From: an uncultured candidate division Zixibacteria bacterium
Lineage (GTDB): Bacteria; Zixibacteria; MSB-5A5; GN15; FEB-12
NCBI GenBank assembly: GCA_963735035.1
Contig: CAVTJJ010000006.1
Coordinates: 608,001 to 672,000 of the forward strand
Direction of reading: 5' to 3'
Length of the DNA: 64,000 nucleotides
The position numbers and the translations under genes are program-made. The first letter of the stretch is position 1, and each line of letters opens with the position of its first letter. The notes under the pieces were generated by a model. The model was not told the origin of the DNA. It did not search any database and worked only from the letters and a program-made list of their open reading frames with translations. This document shows, piece by piece, positions 20,228-30,085 of the stretch.

Positions 20228-22534
20228 ATGGGCAAACGCAAAGAATCCAAAGTTGACCATCGCTGGCGCCGTCTCATCGGAGGCCTGATCTTTATCGTAG
20301 CCGTGCTAATCCTCGTAGCCCTGGCGACCCACGATGGGTCCGACGACGCCCGTATCAAAGGCGAACTCGATCGCTACCTCGACCCGTTCGAGGTGCAATA
20401 CCACAATCAGGGCGGAATGCTGGGGGCCTATTTATCGTATGCCCTGATGGTAGTTCTGGGCTGGCTCTCGTTCTTCATTCCGATTGGACTTATGCTCGTG
20501 TCAATTCGGCTGTTCTCAGCGGAACTGGCCGCCCGAATGAAACTGACCGGCCTGGTCTCGTTTTCTGTCGCCGTCTTTATTACAGTGATATACGATGTGT
20601 CGCAGGTTGGATCGCCGCACCTCGGTTCCGAGACCGGGGCGATTGGCGGCTATCTGATGGTCAAGCTGACCGGGCTGAGCCTTCGCCTTCTCGGTACCGC
20701 CGGTACCTACGTAGTATGTGCCGGTTTGATCGTGGTGCTGTTGCTGACTTTTACTTCGATTCATCACCTGTTGAAGTTTCGCAAGAAGGAAAAGGATTCC
20801 GATGCGGAGCCGGGGCGTCTTAGTCGCTGGGCCGGCGTTGTCTGGGCGGCTATTATGAAGTTCTTCTCGTTTGGCTGGCTGTCCGGGGGAGCCCGTGATT
20901 CCGAAGACGATGACACACTTCGCGAATCCGAAGAAGAACTCGAGATTGAGGAAATAGAGGAAGAAGAACCGGAAGAGACTGGTGCGGTCAATGGCACTCG
21001 AAGCGTCTCGCCGGCCAAGCCACCCCGCAAACGGGCCACCCTCATACGACCGGCCGAAAAGGTTCAAGTGGCTTCGGTCAACTACACCTACCCGGGCCTT
21101 GACCTGCTGAATGACCCGCCGCCGACATCGCAGACGGTCACCGACGAAGAACTTCAGATGACCGCTCGAATGCTCAAAGAGACGCTTGAGACGTTCCAAG
21201 TAACGGTCGAGGGACCAATAAGTTACTACCCAGGTCCAATCATCACTCGATATGAGTTCAAGCCCGGCTCGGGTGTGAAAGTCAATCGAATTGTCAGCCT
21301 GGCCGACGATCTGGCGCTGGCCCTGAAAGCCAAACGAATCAGAATAGTGGCCCCAATTCCAGGCAAGGCGGCGGTCGGGGTCGAGATACCCAACCGTCAT
21401 GCCCAGTCGGTCTACCTCAAAGAGATTTTGAATTCGGAAGAGTTCCAGGATCAGAAGCTCAGGTTGCCACTGACTTTGGGCAAGACCATCAGCGGGCGTC
21501 CGTTCGTAGCCGACCTGGCCAAGATGCCGCATCTGCTGATAGCGGGTGCCACCGGTTCAGGCAAATCGGTCTGCATGAACGTGCTGATCACTTCGCTTAT
21601 ATACAAGTTTCACCCCCTGCATATCCGGTTCGTGTTTATCGATCCCAAGATGTTGGAGTTGTCGGTTTACTCCAATATCCCTCATTTGGGCCGCCCGGTG
21701 GTCACTAGCCCCAAACGGGCTGAGCAGGTACTCTCAGACATAGTTGCAGAAATGGAGAAACGGTACCGGCGTCTGGCCGAGAGCGGCGTGCGCAATATTG
21801 AGGACTTCAACAACCGCCAGAAGCAGGAAGAGACCAAGCTGCCATATATCGTTGTGTGCGTGGATGAGTTGGCCGATTTGATGATGTCCGCGACTTCGAA
21901 CAAGGTTGAGTTGTTGATTACTCGTCTGGCCCAGATGGCGCGAGCAGTCGGTATACACCTGGTGCTGGCCACCCAGCGGCCGTCGGTGGACGTCATTACC
22001 GGCCTTATCAAAGCGAATTTCCCGGCTCGTATAGCTTTCCAGGTAGCCAGTAAAGTCGACTCGCGCACTATTATAGATGCCAACGGAGCGGAGAAGTTGC
22101 TGGGCGCAGGGGATATGCTGTTCCTGAGCACCGGCCAGCCCGAACCTACCCGGCTCCACGGCGCCTATATCTCAAGCGAAGAAACCGATAGAATCGTGAG
22201 TTTCATCAAGGAACAGGGCCTTCCAATGATGGCGCTCGAGGGCATCTCTCAGGCCACCGGCGACAACGTTGAAGCCGAAGTTGACCTGGGCGATCCACTC
22301 TTCCGCGAGGCTTGCGAAGTGGTCATCCGTCACAAGCAGGGTTCCGTGTCGCTTCTGCAGCGTCGGCTTGGTATCGGGTATCAGCGCGCCGCCCGCTTGA
22401 TTGACAAACTGGAGCGGGCCGGGGTGGTGTCGCCGTTCGACGGCTCCAAGGCGCGAGAAGTGATTGTGGACCAGGCCTATGTTGACACCATGTTCTCCGG
22501 CCAGGCGGGCGAGCCGGCCGACCGACCCTCCTGA
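20228..22534 (+). CDS. ftsK: DNA translocase FtsK/SpoIIIE
   Basis: N-terminal TM domain, acidic linker, PHLLIAGATGSGKS, DELADLM, ATQRPSVDV, gamma domain SLLQRRLGIGYQRAARLID. Start at ATG 20228. Confidence 0.96.
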   Translation: MGKRKESKVDHRWRRLIGGLIFIVAVLILVALATHDGSDDARIKGELDRYLDPFEVQYHNQGGMLGAYLSYALMVVLGWLSFFIPIGLMLVSIRLFSAELAARMKLTGLVSFSVAVFITVIYDVSQVGSPHLGSETGAIGGYLMVKLTGLSLRLLGTAGTYVVCAGLIVVLLLTFTSIHHLLKFRKKEKDSDAEPGRLSRWAGVVWAAIMKFFSFGWLSGGARDSEDDDTLRESEEELEIEEIEEEEPEETGAVNGTRSVSPAKPPRKRATLIRPAEKVQVASVNYTYPGLDLLNDPPPTSQTVTDEELQMTARMLKETLETFQVTVEGPISYYPGPIITRYEFKPGSGVKVNRIVSLADDLALALKAKRIRIVAPIPGKAAVGVEIPNRHAQSVYLKEILNSEEFQDQKLRLPLTLGKTISGRPFVADLAKMPHLLIAGATGSGKSVCMNVLITSLIYKFHPLHIRFVFIDPKMLELSVYSNIPHLGRPVVTSPKRAEQVLSDIVAEMEKRYRRLAESGVRNIEDFNNRQKQEETKLPYIVVCVDELADLMMSATSNKVELLITRLAQMARAVGIHLVLATQRPSVDVITGLIKANFPARIAFQVASKVDSRTIIDANGAEKLLGAGDMLFLSTGQPEPTRLHGAYISSEETDRIVSFIKEQGLPMMALEGISQATGDNVEAEVDLGDPLFREACEVVIRHKQGSVSLLQRRLGIGYQRAARLIDKLERAGVVSPFDGSKAREVIVDQAYVDTMFSGQAGEPADRPS

Positions 22535-22566
22535 GTCTCCCCGCATTGAGGGGTGTATAAGCTGCA

Positions 22567-23178
22567 ATGACTAAATCGACGTTCATACTACTCGCATTAT
22601 TATTGGCTGCGGCCAACTCTTTCGGACAGGTGGATCCGTTCGCAGGCGTCAAAGCCTCTATGAGCAAGGCCGCCTGTTGCCATTATGAATTTCTTTCCAT
22701 CGTTGAGTCCAAGGTGTTTGAGACAATCGACACGACTCAGGGTACGGCCGTGATAGCCTCCGATGGACGGTACTACATTACCATCGGACCCGACGAATAC
22801 TTGAAGACTTCGGACTCCCTTTATAGTTACTCGCAAACCGAGAGCCAGTTGACCGTTGAGTCGACACCCCCGGGCACGCAGTCGCAGGAGAGTGTTTCGT
22901 TTATCACCCGCCTGGACGACTACTACAGCACTCAGGTTCGGGTTCCTCAGCGCCATTATTTCCTGAGACGAACCGATACCGCCGCAGTCGATCTACCGGA
23001 TTCGTTGACCGTTGTAATGACCGAGGGGAAAGCCCGCCTGGACCGCTTGGTCTACTTCGACGCCAACGACGACCTCAATCAGATAGTTTTCAAGAAATGC
23101 GAATATCTGGACAAGTGCGACGAGAAGGCTCTCGTTCCGCATTTCCCCGGCTCGGCCGAAATTATCCACATTCGGTAG
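22567..23178 (+). CDS. lolA: LolA-like outer-membrane lipoprotein carrier
   Basis: Signal peptide, beta-rich ~200-aa protein directly after ftsK (conserved ftsK-lolA order); sequence motifs weak. Confidence 0.6.
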   Translation: MTKSTFILLALLLAAANSFGQVDPFAGVKASMSKAACCHYEFLSIVESKVFETIDTTQGTAVIASDGRYYITIGPDEYLKTSDSLYSYSQTESQLTVESTPPGTQSQESVSFITRLDDYYSTQVRVPQRHYFLRRTDTAAVDLPDSLTVVMTEGKARLDRLVYFDANDDLNQIVFKKCEYLDKCDEKALVPHFPGSAEIIHIR

Positions 23179-23186
23179 ACTGTCCC

Positions 23187-24515
23187 GTGAAATTCTACGT
23201 ACAGAAGCTGGGGTGTCCGAAGAACGACGTTGACGCGGACTATATTACGGCGCGTCTGATTGAGGCCGGACATCGCCCGGTTGATGATCCTTCCAAAGCG
23301 GATACAATCGTAGTGAATACGTGTGGCTTCGTTAGAGACGCCAAGGAAGAATCAATCGATTCCATACTTGAGCTTGCGCAGCTTAAGAAGAGCGGGCGAC
23401 TGAAGAAGATTTACGCTTCGGGGTGCCTAACTCAACGGTACGGCGACGAACTGCTGTCCGAGATGCACGAGTTGGACGGCGCTTTCGGTATCGGGGCCCT
23501 TGATGCGATTGCCGAGGCTGTGACCGGCGGCACGTCAAACCGCAAGGCGGTCCGTCAGGATATTCGCAAGCTCACCTATCTTGATTGGAGAAGCCGCGCT
23601 GTTACAGATCGTTTCCCTTACGCCTATATCAAGATTTCCGATGGCTGCGACCGCAAGTGTAGCTATTGTGCGATTCCCCAGATGCGGGGGAAGTACCGAA
23701 GCCGCCCCGCCAAATCCATTTTGAACGAAGCTCGTTATCTGGCGGAACAGGGGAAGAAGGAACTGATTCTGGTGTCGCAGGAGGCCACCCTCTGGGGCAG
23801 TGATCTAACTGGCCGCCCGACTCTGGTCAAACTTCTGGATCAACTTAGTGCGGTCGACGGCATCGAATGGATCAGGCTCTTGTACCTGCACCCCGCCCGG
23901 ACCGGCTCCGATCTGATCGAAAGAATGAATGGAGATGGCAAGGTCCTCGGATACTTCGACCTTCCATTGCAGCACGTCAGTACCCCGATTCTTCGCCGTA
24001 TGAAACGGGAGTCCAACCGTTCTACAATCGAAAGGCTTCTTTCTGATATTCGAGCTCGGGCGCCAAAAGCTACTATCAGGGTCAGCTTCATGGTCGGCTT
24101 TCCGGGCGAGACCGAGGCGCAATTCAAGGAGCTTTGTGAATTTGTCGAGGAACAGCGTTTCGACCGCCTGGGCGCTTTCATTTTTTCACCCGAGGAAGAA
24201 ACGGCGGCGGCGATTCTGCCCAAACAGGTTTCGCAAAAGGTCAAGATGCGTCGCCTGGATTGCCTTATGACGCTGCAGCAGAGCATAGCTTTCGAAAAGA
24301 ATAACTCCTTGATTGGGACTGAGGTCGACGTTATCATTGACTCCAGGCAGTCGGGGAGCTCGGCGCTCGGGCGGACCCCCGGCGACTGCCCGGAGATTGA
24401 CCAGATGGTTGCGGTTCGCGGACGTGGCCTGCGCGTCGGCGACATATGCCGCGTAGAAATCACCGACGCAGAGGGATATGATTTGACAGGCAGAAAGGTG
24501 ACCGGCAAAATATGA
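23187..24515 (+). CDS. rimO: Ribosomal protein S12 methylthiotransferase
   Basis: LGCPKN-VD, NTCGF--DAKEESI, GCLTQRY, radical-SAM CDRKCSYC, C-terminal TRAM (PEIDQ). GTG start 23187. Confidence 0.95.
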   Translation: MKFYVQKLGCPKNDVDADYITARLIEAGHRPVDDPSKADTIVVNTCGFVRDAKEESIDSILELAQLKKSGRLKKIYASGCLTQRYGDELLSEMHELDGAFGIGALDAIAEAVTGGTSNRKAVRQDIRKLTYLDWRSRAVTDRFPYAYIKISDGCDRKCSYCAIPQMRGKYRSRPAKSILNEARYLAEQGKKELILVSQEATLWGSDLTGRPTLVKLLDQLSAVDGIEWIRLLYLHPARTGSDLIERMNGDGKVLGYFDLPLQHVSTPILRRMKRESNRSTIERLLSDIRARAPKATIRVSFMVGFPGETEAQFKELCEFVEEQRFDRLGAFIFSPEEETAAAILPKQVSQKVKMRRLDCLMTLQQSIAFEKNNSLIGTEVDVIIDSRQSGSSALGRTPGDCPEIDQMVAVRGRGLRVGDICRVEITDAEGYDLTGRKVTGKI

Positions 24516-25156
24516 TACAGTTCGAAAAACTGGGAATCTTCTTATCGCGCCCCATCGCATTTCTGCTGGTCCTGATTTACTTTCTTCAATCGGGGCTGCT
24601 GGTATATCTGATCGCCAATAAATTCGATCTCGAGGAACAGATCTCGTTTCAGCAAAAGCGCATTCGTGAGGTCGAAGAACGGATACAGATTCTAAAGGCG
24701 ATCGATGATTTCCAGATCGGCTTCAATCAGCAGGAAGCCAACAAGCTGGGTGACGTCATCTATTCCGAAAGCAAGAAATATGGCTATGATCCCATGTTTA
24801 TACTGGCGATCATTTTGACCGAGTCATCGTTCAAGAAGGACCAGGCATCGTCAGCCGGCGCTCTCGGATTGATGCAGGTCGTGCCTTATGTCGGCGCCGA
24901 TGTCGCCCCCCGTGCGGGGGTCAACTGGGACGGCAAAGCCACCCTGGAAGAACCGGAGTCGAATATCAAAGTGGGGACCCGTCTGCTGTTCGAGCAGATT
25001 CTGAAATTCGGCGACGTGAAGAAAGCGCTGGTTTCCTACAACATGGGGGAGACGGCTCTTCGCGACCTGATGAAACATAATCAGCCGCTGCCGAAACGAT
25101 ACCTGCGGACGATCGAAGAGAATTATCGCATGCTCAAGGAGACTTACAAGGTTTGA
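24512..25156 (+). CDS. Membrane-anchored lytic transglycosylase (SLT domain)
   Basis: N-terminal TM plus coiled coil; ILTESSF (catalytic Glu), GALGLMQV, SYNMG. Confidence 0.88.
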   Translation: MIQFEKLGIFLSRPIAFLLVLIYFLQSGLLVYLIANKFDLEEQISFQQKRIREVEERIQILKAIDDFQIGFNQQEANKLGDVIYSESKKYGYDPMFILAIILTESSFKKDQASSAGALGLMQVVPYVGADVAPRAGVNWDGKATLEEPESNIKVGTRLLFEQILKFGDVKKALVSYNMGETALRDLMKHNQPLPKRYLRTIEENYRMLKETYKV

Positions 25157-26079
25157 CAACTCTGCGTTCGAAACTGCTCTGGCTGTTGCCGATCCTTGTG
25201 CTGGTCGGGTGCGGCGGTGGCCCCAAACTCGCCAATCTGGGTTCCCGGGAACTATTCCAGCTCGGCATGAACAAGTATGCCAAAGGTAAGTATCTCGGTG
25301 CGATTGAAGCGCTTCAGATGGCGATCTTCAACTACCCCGGCGAGACTCAGGTCGATACGGCCCAGTACTATCTGGCCCTTTCATATTACGGCAATCATGA
25401 TTATGTACTGGGACAAGTCGAATTCAATCGCCTGCTCACCAATTACCCGGCGTCGGCTTTTGCCCCCAATGCGCAGCTCATGAAGGCCGTTTGTTTCTTC
25501 AAAGGCACACCCAAACACTATGCTTTGGACCAGACTGATCTCGTAACAGCTATCACACAATTCGAGGATTTCCTTCAGGATCATCCCGAATCAGAAGCGG
25601 TTCCGGAGGCCAAACAGTACTTGAAGGACGCGCAGAGCCGCATGGCCCGGAAATACTACGAAAGTGGAATTGTCTACATTCGGGTGCGTGACTTCAATGC
25701 CGCCAGAACTTATTTCCAGAAAGTGGTGGACGAATACACCAATACGGAATACGCGTCCGATGCCACTTATCAGATTGCCGAAACATACTATCAGCAAAAG
25801 AACTGGGATAAAGCCGAAGAGCAGTTCAGCAATTTCGGAGTCGTATGGCCGCAGCACAAATGGACCGCCCAGGCGGCCAAGCAAGCTTCCGAGGCCTCCT
25901 ACAAAGGCGGCATGGCGGCCCTCAAGGCGGGAGATACCGCTCTGGCTCGGAAACGACTTGAGAGATTCGTGCTGATCTGCGGGCCGGACAACGGCAAGCT
26001 CAAGAAGGTCAACGCCACATTGCAGCAGATCGGCAACACCCCGGTTGTGGAGACAGATACCACCCATGCCGGCTCCTGA
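25153..26079 (+). CDS. bamD: Outer-membrane protein assembly factor BamD (TPR lipoprotein)
   Basis: Lipobox LVGC, TPR repeats with YPG/YPAS turns, LDQT, MARKYYESGIVY. Confidence 0.85.
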   Translation: MTTLRSKLLWLLPILVLVGCGGGPKLANLGSRELFQLGMNKYAKGKYLGAIEALQMAIFNYPGETQVDTAQYYLALSYYGNHDYVLGQVEFNRLLTNYPASAFAPNAQLMKAVCFFKGTPKHYALDQTDLVTAITQFEDFLQDHPESEAVPEAKQYLKDAQSRMARKYYESGIVYIRVRDFNAARTYFQKVVDEYTNTEYASDATYQIAETYYQQKNWDKAEEQFSNFGVVWPQHKWTAQAAKQASEASYKGGMAALKAGDTALARKRLERFVLICGPDNGKLKKVNATLQQIGNTPVVETDTTHAGS

Positions 26080-26674
26080 GCCGGGGGGACGCTGGGGGAT
26101 TCTCGGAGGGGCGTTCGACCCCATTCATCTCGGCCACCTGAATCTGGCTCGCGAAGTTCGACTTCTGAGACATCTGGACGGCATTCTATTAGTGCCGACA
26201 TATGCTCCGCCTCACCGCCCGGTCCACCCGATTGCATCGTATGAAGATCGAATAGAAATGACTCGTCTGGCCATACAGGACCAGACTGGTATGGAAGTAA
26301 GTCGCGTAGAAGAACGGACCGGTCGACCAAGTTTTACGATCGACACGGTGCGGGTACTTAAGACTGTCCATCCCGGAGTTGAATTCGAATTAGTAATGGG
26401 CGCCGACCAGCTCAGCCAGCTACAAACCTGGCATCGCTGGCGCGATCTTCTTGATGAAGTTTTGCTGGTCGTTGGGGGTCGCCCTGGAGTGAACATGCCT
26501 GAGGTGAGCGGTGTTAAGTCGGACAGGATAATTGTGTTGAACACCCCGCTCGTGCTTGCTTCATCGACCCAGGTGCGGGCGCGTATTACAGCCGGTGCCA
26601 ATTCCGATGAGTTAACGGCTATGGTTCCGGCTGAAGTAGCGAAGTATATTCAGTCCAGGAACCTTTACCGATGA
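26066..26674 (+). CDS. nadD: Nicotinate-nucleotide adenylyltransferase
   Basis: GILGGAFDPIHLGH, PPHR, SFTIDT, MGADQ, WHRW, SSTQVR, YIQSRNLY. Confidence 0.94.
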   Translation: MPAPEPGGRWGILGGAFDPIHLGHLNLAREVRLLRHLDGILLVPTYAPPHRPVHPIASYEDRIEMTRLAIQDQTGMEVSRVEERTGRPSFTIDTVRVLKTVHPGVEFELVMGADQLSQLQTWHRWRDLLDEVLLVVGGRPGVNMPEVSGVKSDRIIVLNTPLVLASSTQVRARITAGANSDELTAMVPAEVAKYIQSRNLYR

Positions 26675-29397
26675 GTCCTGAGAAGCGAAAACGCATCTAT
26701 CTGGTCGATGGCTCGGCGATCTTCTACCGTGCCTATTTTGCGTTTATCCGCAATCCGCTGATCAATTCCAAAGGGGAGAATACATCGGCCTCGTTCGGCC
26801 TGGTTAATTCGTTGCTGAAGATTATGCGGGAGGAAGAACCGGAGTATCTGGCGATTGCATTCGACACCGGCAAGCCGACTTTCCGCCACGAGATGTACGC
26901 GGATTACAAGTCCACTCGCGCCAAGATGCCCGACGATCTGGTGTCCCAACTACCCCGTATCCAGCAGGTAGTGGCGGCGCTGAACATCCCGGCTCTCGAC
27001 ATGGAAGGTTTCGAAGCTGACGATCTGATCGGCACGTTGGCAGTCAAGGCCGTACGCGAAGGATTCGATGTCTGGTGTGTGACGGGTGATAAAGACTTCT
27101 TCCAACTGGTCAATGACCATGTAAGCATCTATGTCCCGCGCAAAGCTTCCGAGGCTCCCGAACGGATGGGACGGGAAGAGGTCAAAGAGAAATTCGGGGT
27201 ATATCCGGAGACGGTCATTGACAAACTCGCCCTGATGGGTGATTCATCGGACAACATCCCCGGCGTACCCGGTATCGGTCCCAAGACGGCCGACAAGCTT
27301 CTGGAGCAATTTGGCACGCTTGATGGCGTCCTCGAAAACTGCGACAAGATCATGCCCGCGGGCGTTCAGCAGAAGGTCAAAGGTAACGTAGATAAGGCGA
27401 GACTTTCGAAAGTCCTGGCCACGATTCATACGGACGCACCTATCTCGGTAGACCTTGAGACTCTGAAACGCCGTTCGCCCGATTTCGCCAGGGTGAAACA
27501 ACTCTTTACTGAGTTGGAATTTACCTCCCTGCTTAAACAGGTTTTGCCCGAGACCGTCGCAGCGACACCGGACAAGACTTCTGCAACTGCCACCAAAGCC
27601 TTTTATCACACCGTTGCGACCTTGGCTGATCTCAAGAAGCTAGTCGCTATCATGAACAAGACGGATATTATTGCAGTAGACACCGAGACCACTTCCACCG
27701 ACGCTCTCACCGCTCAATTAGTTGGTGTATCGCTATCTGACCGATCCGGCGTTGGTTACTACATTCCGGTAGGTCATACTACCGACTCTGAGAAGAACCT
27801 GCTCCTGGATGACGCGATATCCCTGCTGAAGACATTGTTGGAAAATTCCGCCGTCCGCAAGTTGGGGCAGAACATCAAGTATGATTTCCATGTGTTGAGA
27901 CGTTACGGCATCGAGATCGCCCCGATATCGTTCGACACGATGATTGCCTCGTACGTAATCAATCCGACCCTGCGTCAGCACTCACTCGACGCCCAGGCGT
28001 TGCGACATTTCGATTATCAGATGCAACCGATTACCGATCTCATCGGCAGTGGCAAGGGGCAGAAGACGTTTGATATCGTACCGGTCGACAAAGCGACCTT
28101 CTATTCCGGCGAGGATGCTGATTTCACGTTCCGGCTGCACGGTGTGCTGGCGCCTGAAATCGAGAAACTCGAACTCAAGAACCTTTATTATGACATCGAG
28201 CTGCCTTTGATCAAGGTACTCGCCAACATGGAACAGGCCGGTGTCAGGATTGATGATGTCTTCCTGGGCGAGTTGAGCGCTCAGATGGAATCAGGTCTGG
28301 CGGAAGTCGAAGGCCAGATTTACAAAATGGCGGGCGGGCAGTTCAACATCAACTCCACTCAGCAGCTGGGGCATATCCTATTCGAAAAGCTTGCGCTGCC
28401 TACGAAAGGCAAGACCGCCAAGAAGACTGGGTTCTCGACAGACGTGCGCGTCTTGGAAGAGCTGGCGCTCGTGCATGAATTCCCGAAACTCATTCTGAAC
28501 TACCGCCAACTGAACAAACTGAAGAGCACCTATGTTGATGCCTTGCCACGTTTGATCAATCCCGAGACGGGACGTGTACACACTACTTTCAATCAGACCA
28601 TCGCGGCTACCGGGCGGTTATCATCGACCGACCCCAATCTTCAGAATATCCCGATTCGTACCGACGAAGGCCGGGAAATCCGAAAAGCCTTTGTCCCGCG
28701 TGATGCCGATCATGTATTACTCGCGGCCGACTACAGCCAGATCGAGCTTCGCATTCTGGCGCACTATACCGGCGACGTCGGTTTGATCAAGGCGTTCCGG
28801 AATGCCGAAGACATCCATGCCCGCACCGCGGCTGAAGTGTTTGGGGTGAACATTACCGACGTGACCTCCAAGATGCGACGCGTCGCCAAAACGGCCAATT
28901 TTGCGGTGATATACGGAGTGTCGGCTTTCGGGCTGTCGCAGCAGACGGAGATGAGCTTAGAGGAGTCCAAGCAATTCATCAATACTTACTTTGCCCGCTA
29001 TCCCGGCATCAAGAAGTACATTGACGATACCATTGCTTTCGCCCGCCGTACCGGCTATGTGACCACGCTGTACAACAGGCGGCGCTACCTACCGGAGATC
29101 AACGATAAGAATTGCAATATCCGTCAGTTCGCCGAGCGCACCGCTATCAACACGCCGATTCAGGGCACCGCGGCGGACATAATAAAGGTGGCCATGATTG
29201 ATATCGACCGGCGTCTGCAGCCGATGCGCTCCAGGATGGTATTACAAGTGCACGATGAGCTCGTTTGCGATGTCCATAAAGACGAACTTGAGGAAGTGAC
29301 CCGGCTGGTGCGAACCGGACTGGAGCAGGCAGCGACGTTGAAAGTGCCACTGGTGGCCGATATGGGAACTGGCCAGAACTGGCTTGAAGCGAAGTAG
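26671..29397 (+). CDS. polA: DNA polymerase I
   Basis: 5'-3' exonuclease (LVDG, EADD, GDSSDNIPG), 3'-5' exonuclease (DTETT), polymerase motifs DYSQIELR, AKTANF, LQVHDEL. Confidence 0.97.
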   Translation: MSPEKRKRIYLVDGSAIFYRAYFAFIRNPLINSKGENTSASFGLVNSLLKIMREEEPEYLAIAFDTGKPTFRHEMYADYKSTRAKMPDDLVSQLPRIQQVVAALNIPALDMEGFEADDLIGTLAVKAVREGFDVWCVTGDKDFFQLVNDHVSIYVPRKASEAPERMGREEVKEKFGVYPETVIDKLALMGDSSDNIPGVPGIGPKTADKLLEQFGTLDGVLENCDKIMPAGVQQKVKGNVDKARLSKVLATIHTDAPISVDLETLKRRSPDFARVKQLFTELEFTSLLKQVLPETVAATPDKTSATATKAFYHTVATLADLKKLVAIMNKTDIIAVDTETTSTDALTAQLVGVSLSDRSGVGYYIPVGHTTDSEKNLLLDDAISLLKTLLENSAVRKLGQNIKYDFHVLRRYGIEIAPISFDTMIASYVINPTLRQHSLDAQALRHFDYQMQPITDLIGSGKGQKTFDIVPVDKATFYSGEDADFTFRLHGVLAPEIEKLELKNLYYDIELPLIKVLANMEQAGVRIDDVFLGELSAQMESGLAEVEGQIYKMAGGQFNINSTQQLGHILFEKLALPTKGKTAKKTGFSTDVRVLEELALVHEFPKLILNYRQLNKLKSTYVDALPRLINPETGRVHTTFNQTIAATGRLSSTDPNLQNIPIRTDEGREIRKAFVPRDADHVLLAADYSQIELRILAHYTGDVGLIKAFRNAEDIHARTAAEVFGVNITDVTSKMRRVAKTANFAVIYGVSAFGLSQQTEMSLEESKQFINTYFARYPGIKKYIDDTIAFARRTGYVTTLYNRRRYLPEINDKNCNIRQFAERTAINTPIQGTAADIIKVAMIDIDRRLQPMRSRMVLQVHDELVCDVHKDELEEVTRLVRTGLEQAATLKVPLVADMGTGQNWLEAK

Positions 29398-29418
29398 CCG
29401 ATAACCCCGTGAGTAATT

Positions 29419-30009
29419 GTGAATATGATCATCGGTCTGGCAGGACAAATTGGTTCAGGCAAGAGCAGTGTCGCCAAGATATTGGCGCGGTTCGGTGCGA
29501 TTGTCATAAGTGCCGATCAGATCGGGCACGAGGTCGTAGATAGATCGCAGGCACTTCGACTCAAACTCGTTCGCGCGTTCGGTCCCACTATTATCGATTC
29601 GAGAGGGATTATCCGCCGCAAGAAGCTGGCGGAGCTGGCCTTTGCCGGTGAAGATTCTCGCATCAAGCTGAATTCGCTCGTGCATCCATACTTGCTGGCC
29701 GAGTTAAGAAAACAATTACGCCAGGCAAAGCGCGGGGGAAAAATCGTTGTGATTGACGCCGCTCTCCTGCTGTATTGGAAGATGGATCGCGAAGTTGACT
29801 GCGTGATTGTCGTCCATGCTTCCCGTCAGCTACGCCTGAATCGTCTTCAAGCGCGGGGAGTAGATCGCAAGGATGCTCTGGCGAGGGAGAGGGCCCAGTT
29901 GCCGTACAGCGAATATCTCGGTCGCGCCGATCATGTTATTCTCAACAACGGCACAAAGGCCGACCTCAGTCGGAAAGTACGCACCCTGCTATCACGTCTC
30001 GATTCCTAA
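29419..30009 (+). CDS. coaE: Dephospho-CoA kinase
   Basis: GLAGQIGSGKS, SADQIGH, LVHP, DAALL, ADHVILNNG; follows polA. Confidence 0.93.
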   Translation: MNMIIGLAGQIGSGKSSVAKILARFGAIVISADQIGHEVVDRSQALRLKLVRAFGPTIIDSRGIIRRKKLAELAFAGEDSRIKLNSLVHPYLLAELRKQLRQAKRGGKIVVIDAALLLYWKMDREVDCVIVVHASRQLRLNRLQARGVDRKDALARERAQLPYSEYLGRADHVILNNGTKADLSRKVRTLLSRLDS

Positions 30010-30085
30010 TTCATTTGACAGTCTGGCCATTCGGCCGCTTATTCCTAATCGCTGCAATTGGTAATGCAGGTAACGAGGAACCGCC

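Noticed and set aside
20899..20980. GAA-rich low-complexity tract
   Set aside because: Encodes the acidic FtsK linker; not a separate repeat element.
20516..21532. 338-aa antisense ORF
   Set aside because: Shadow frame of ftsK with no recognisable motifs; expected in GC-rich coding DNA.
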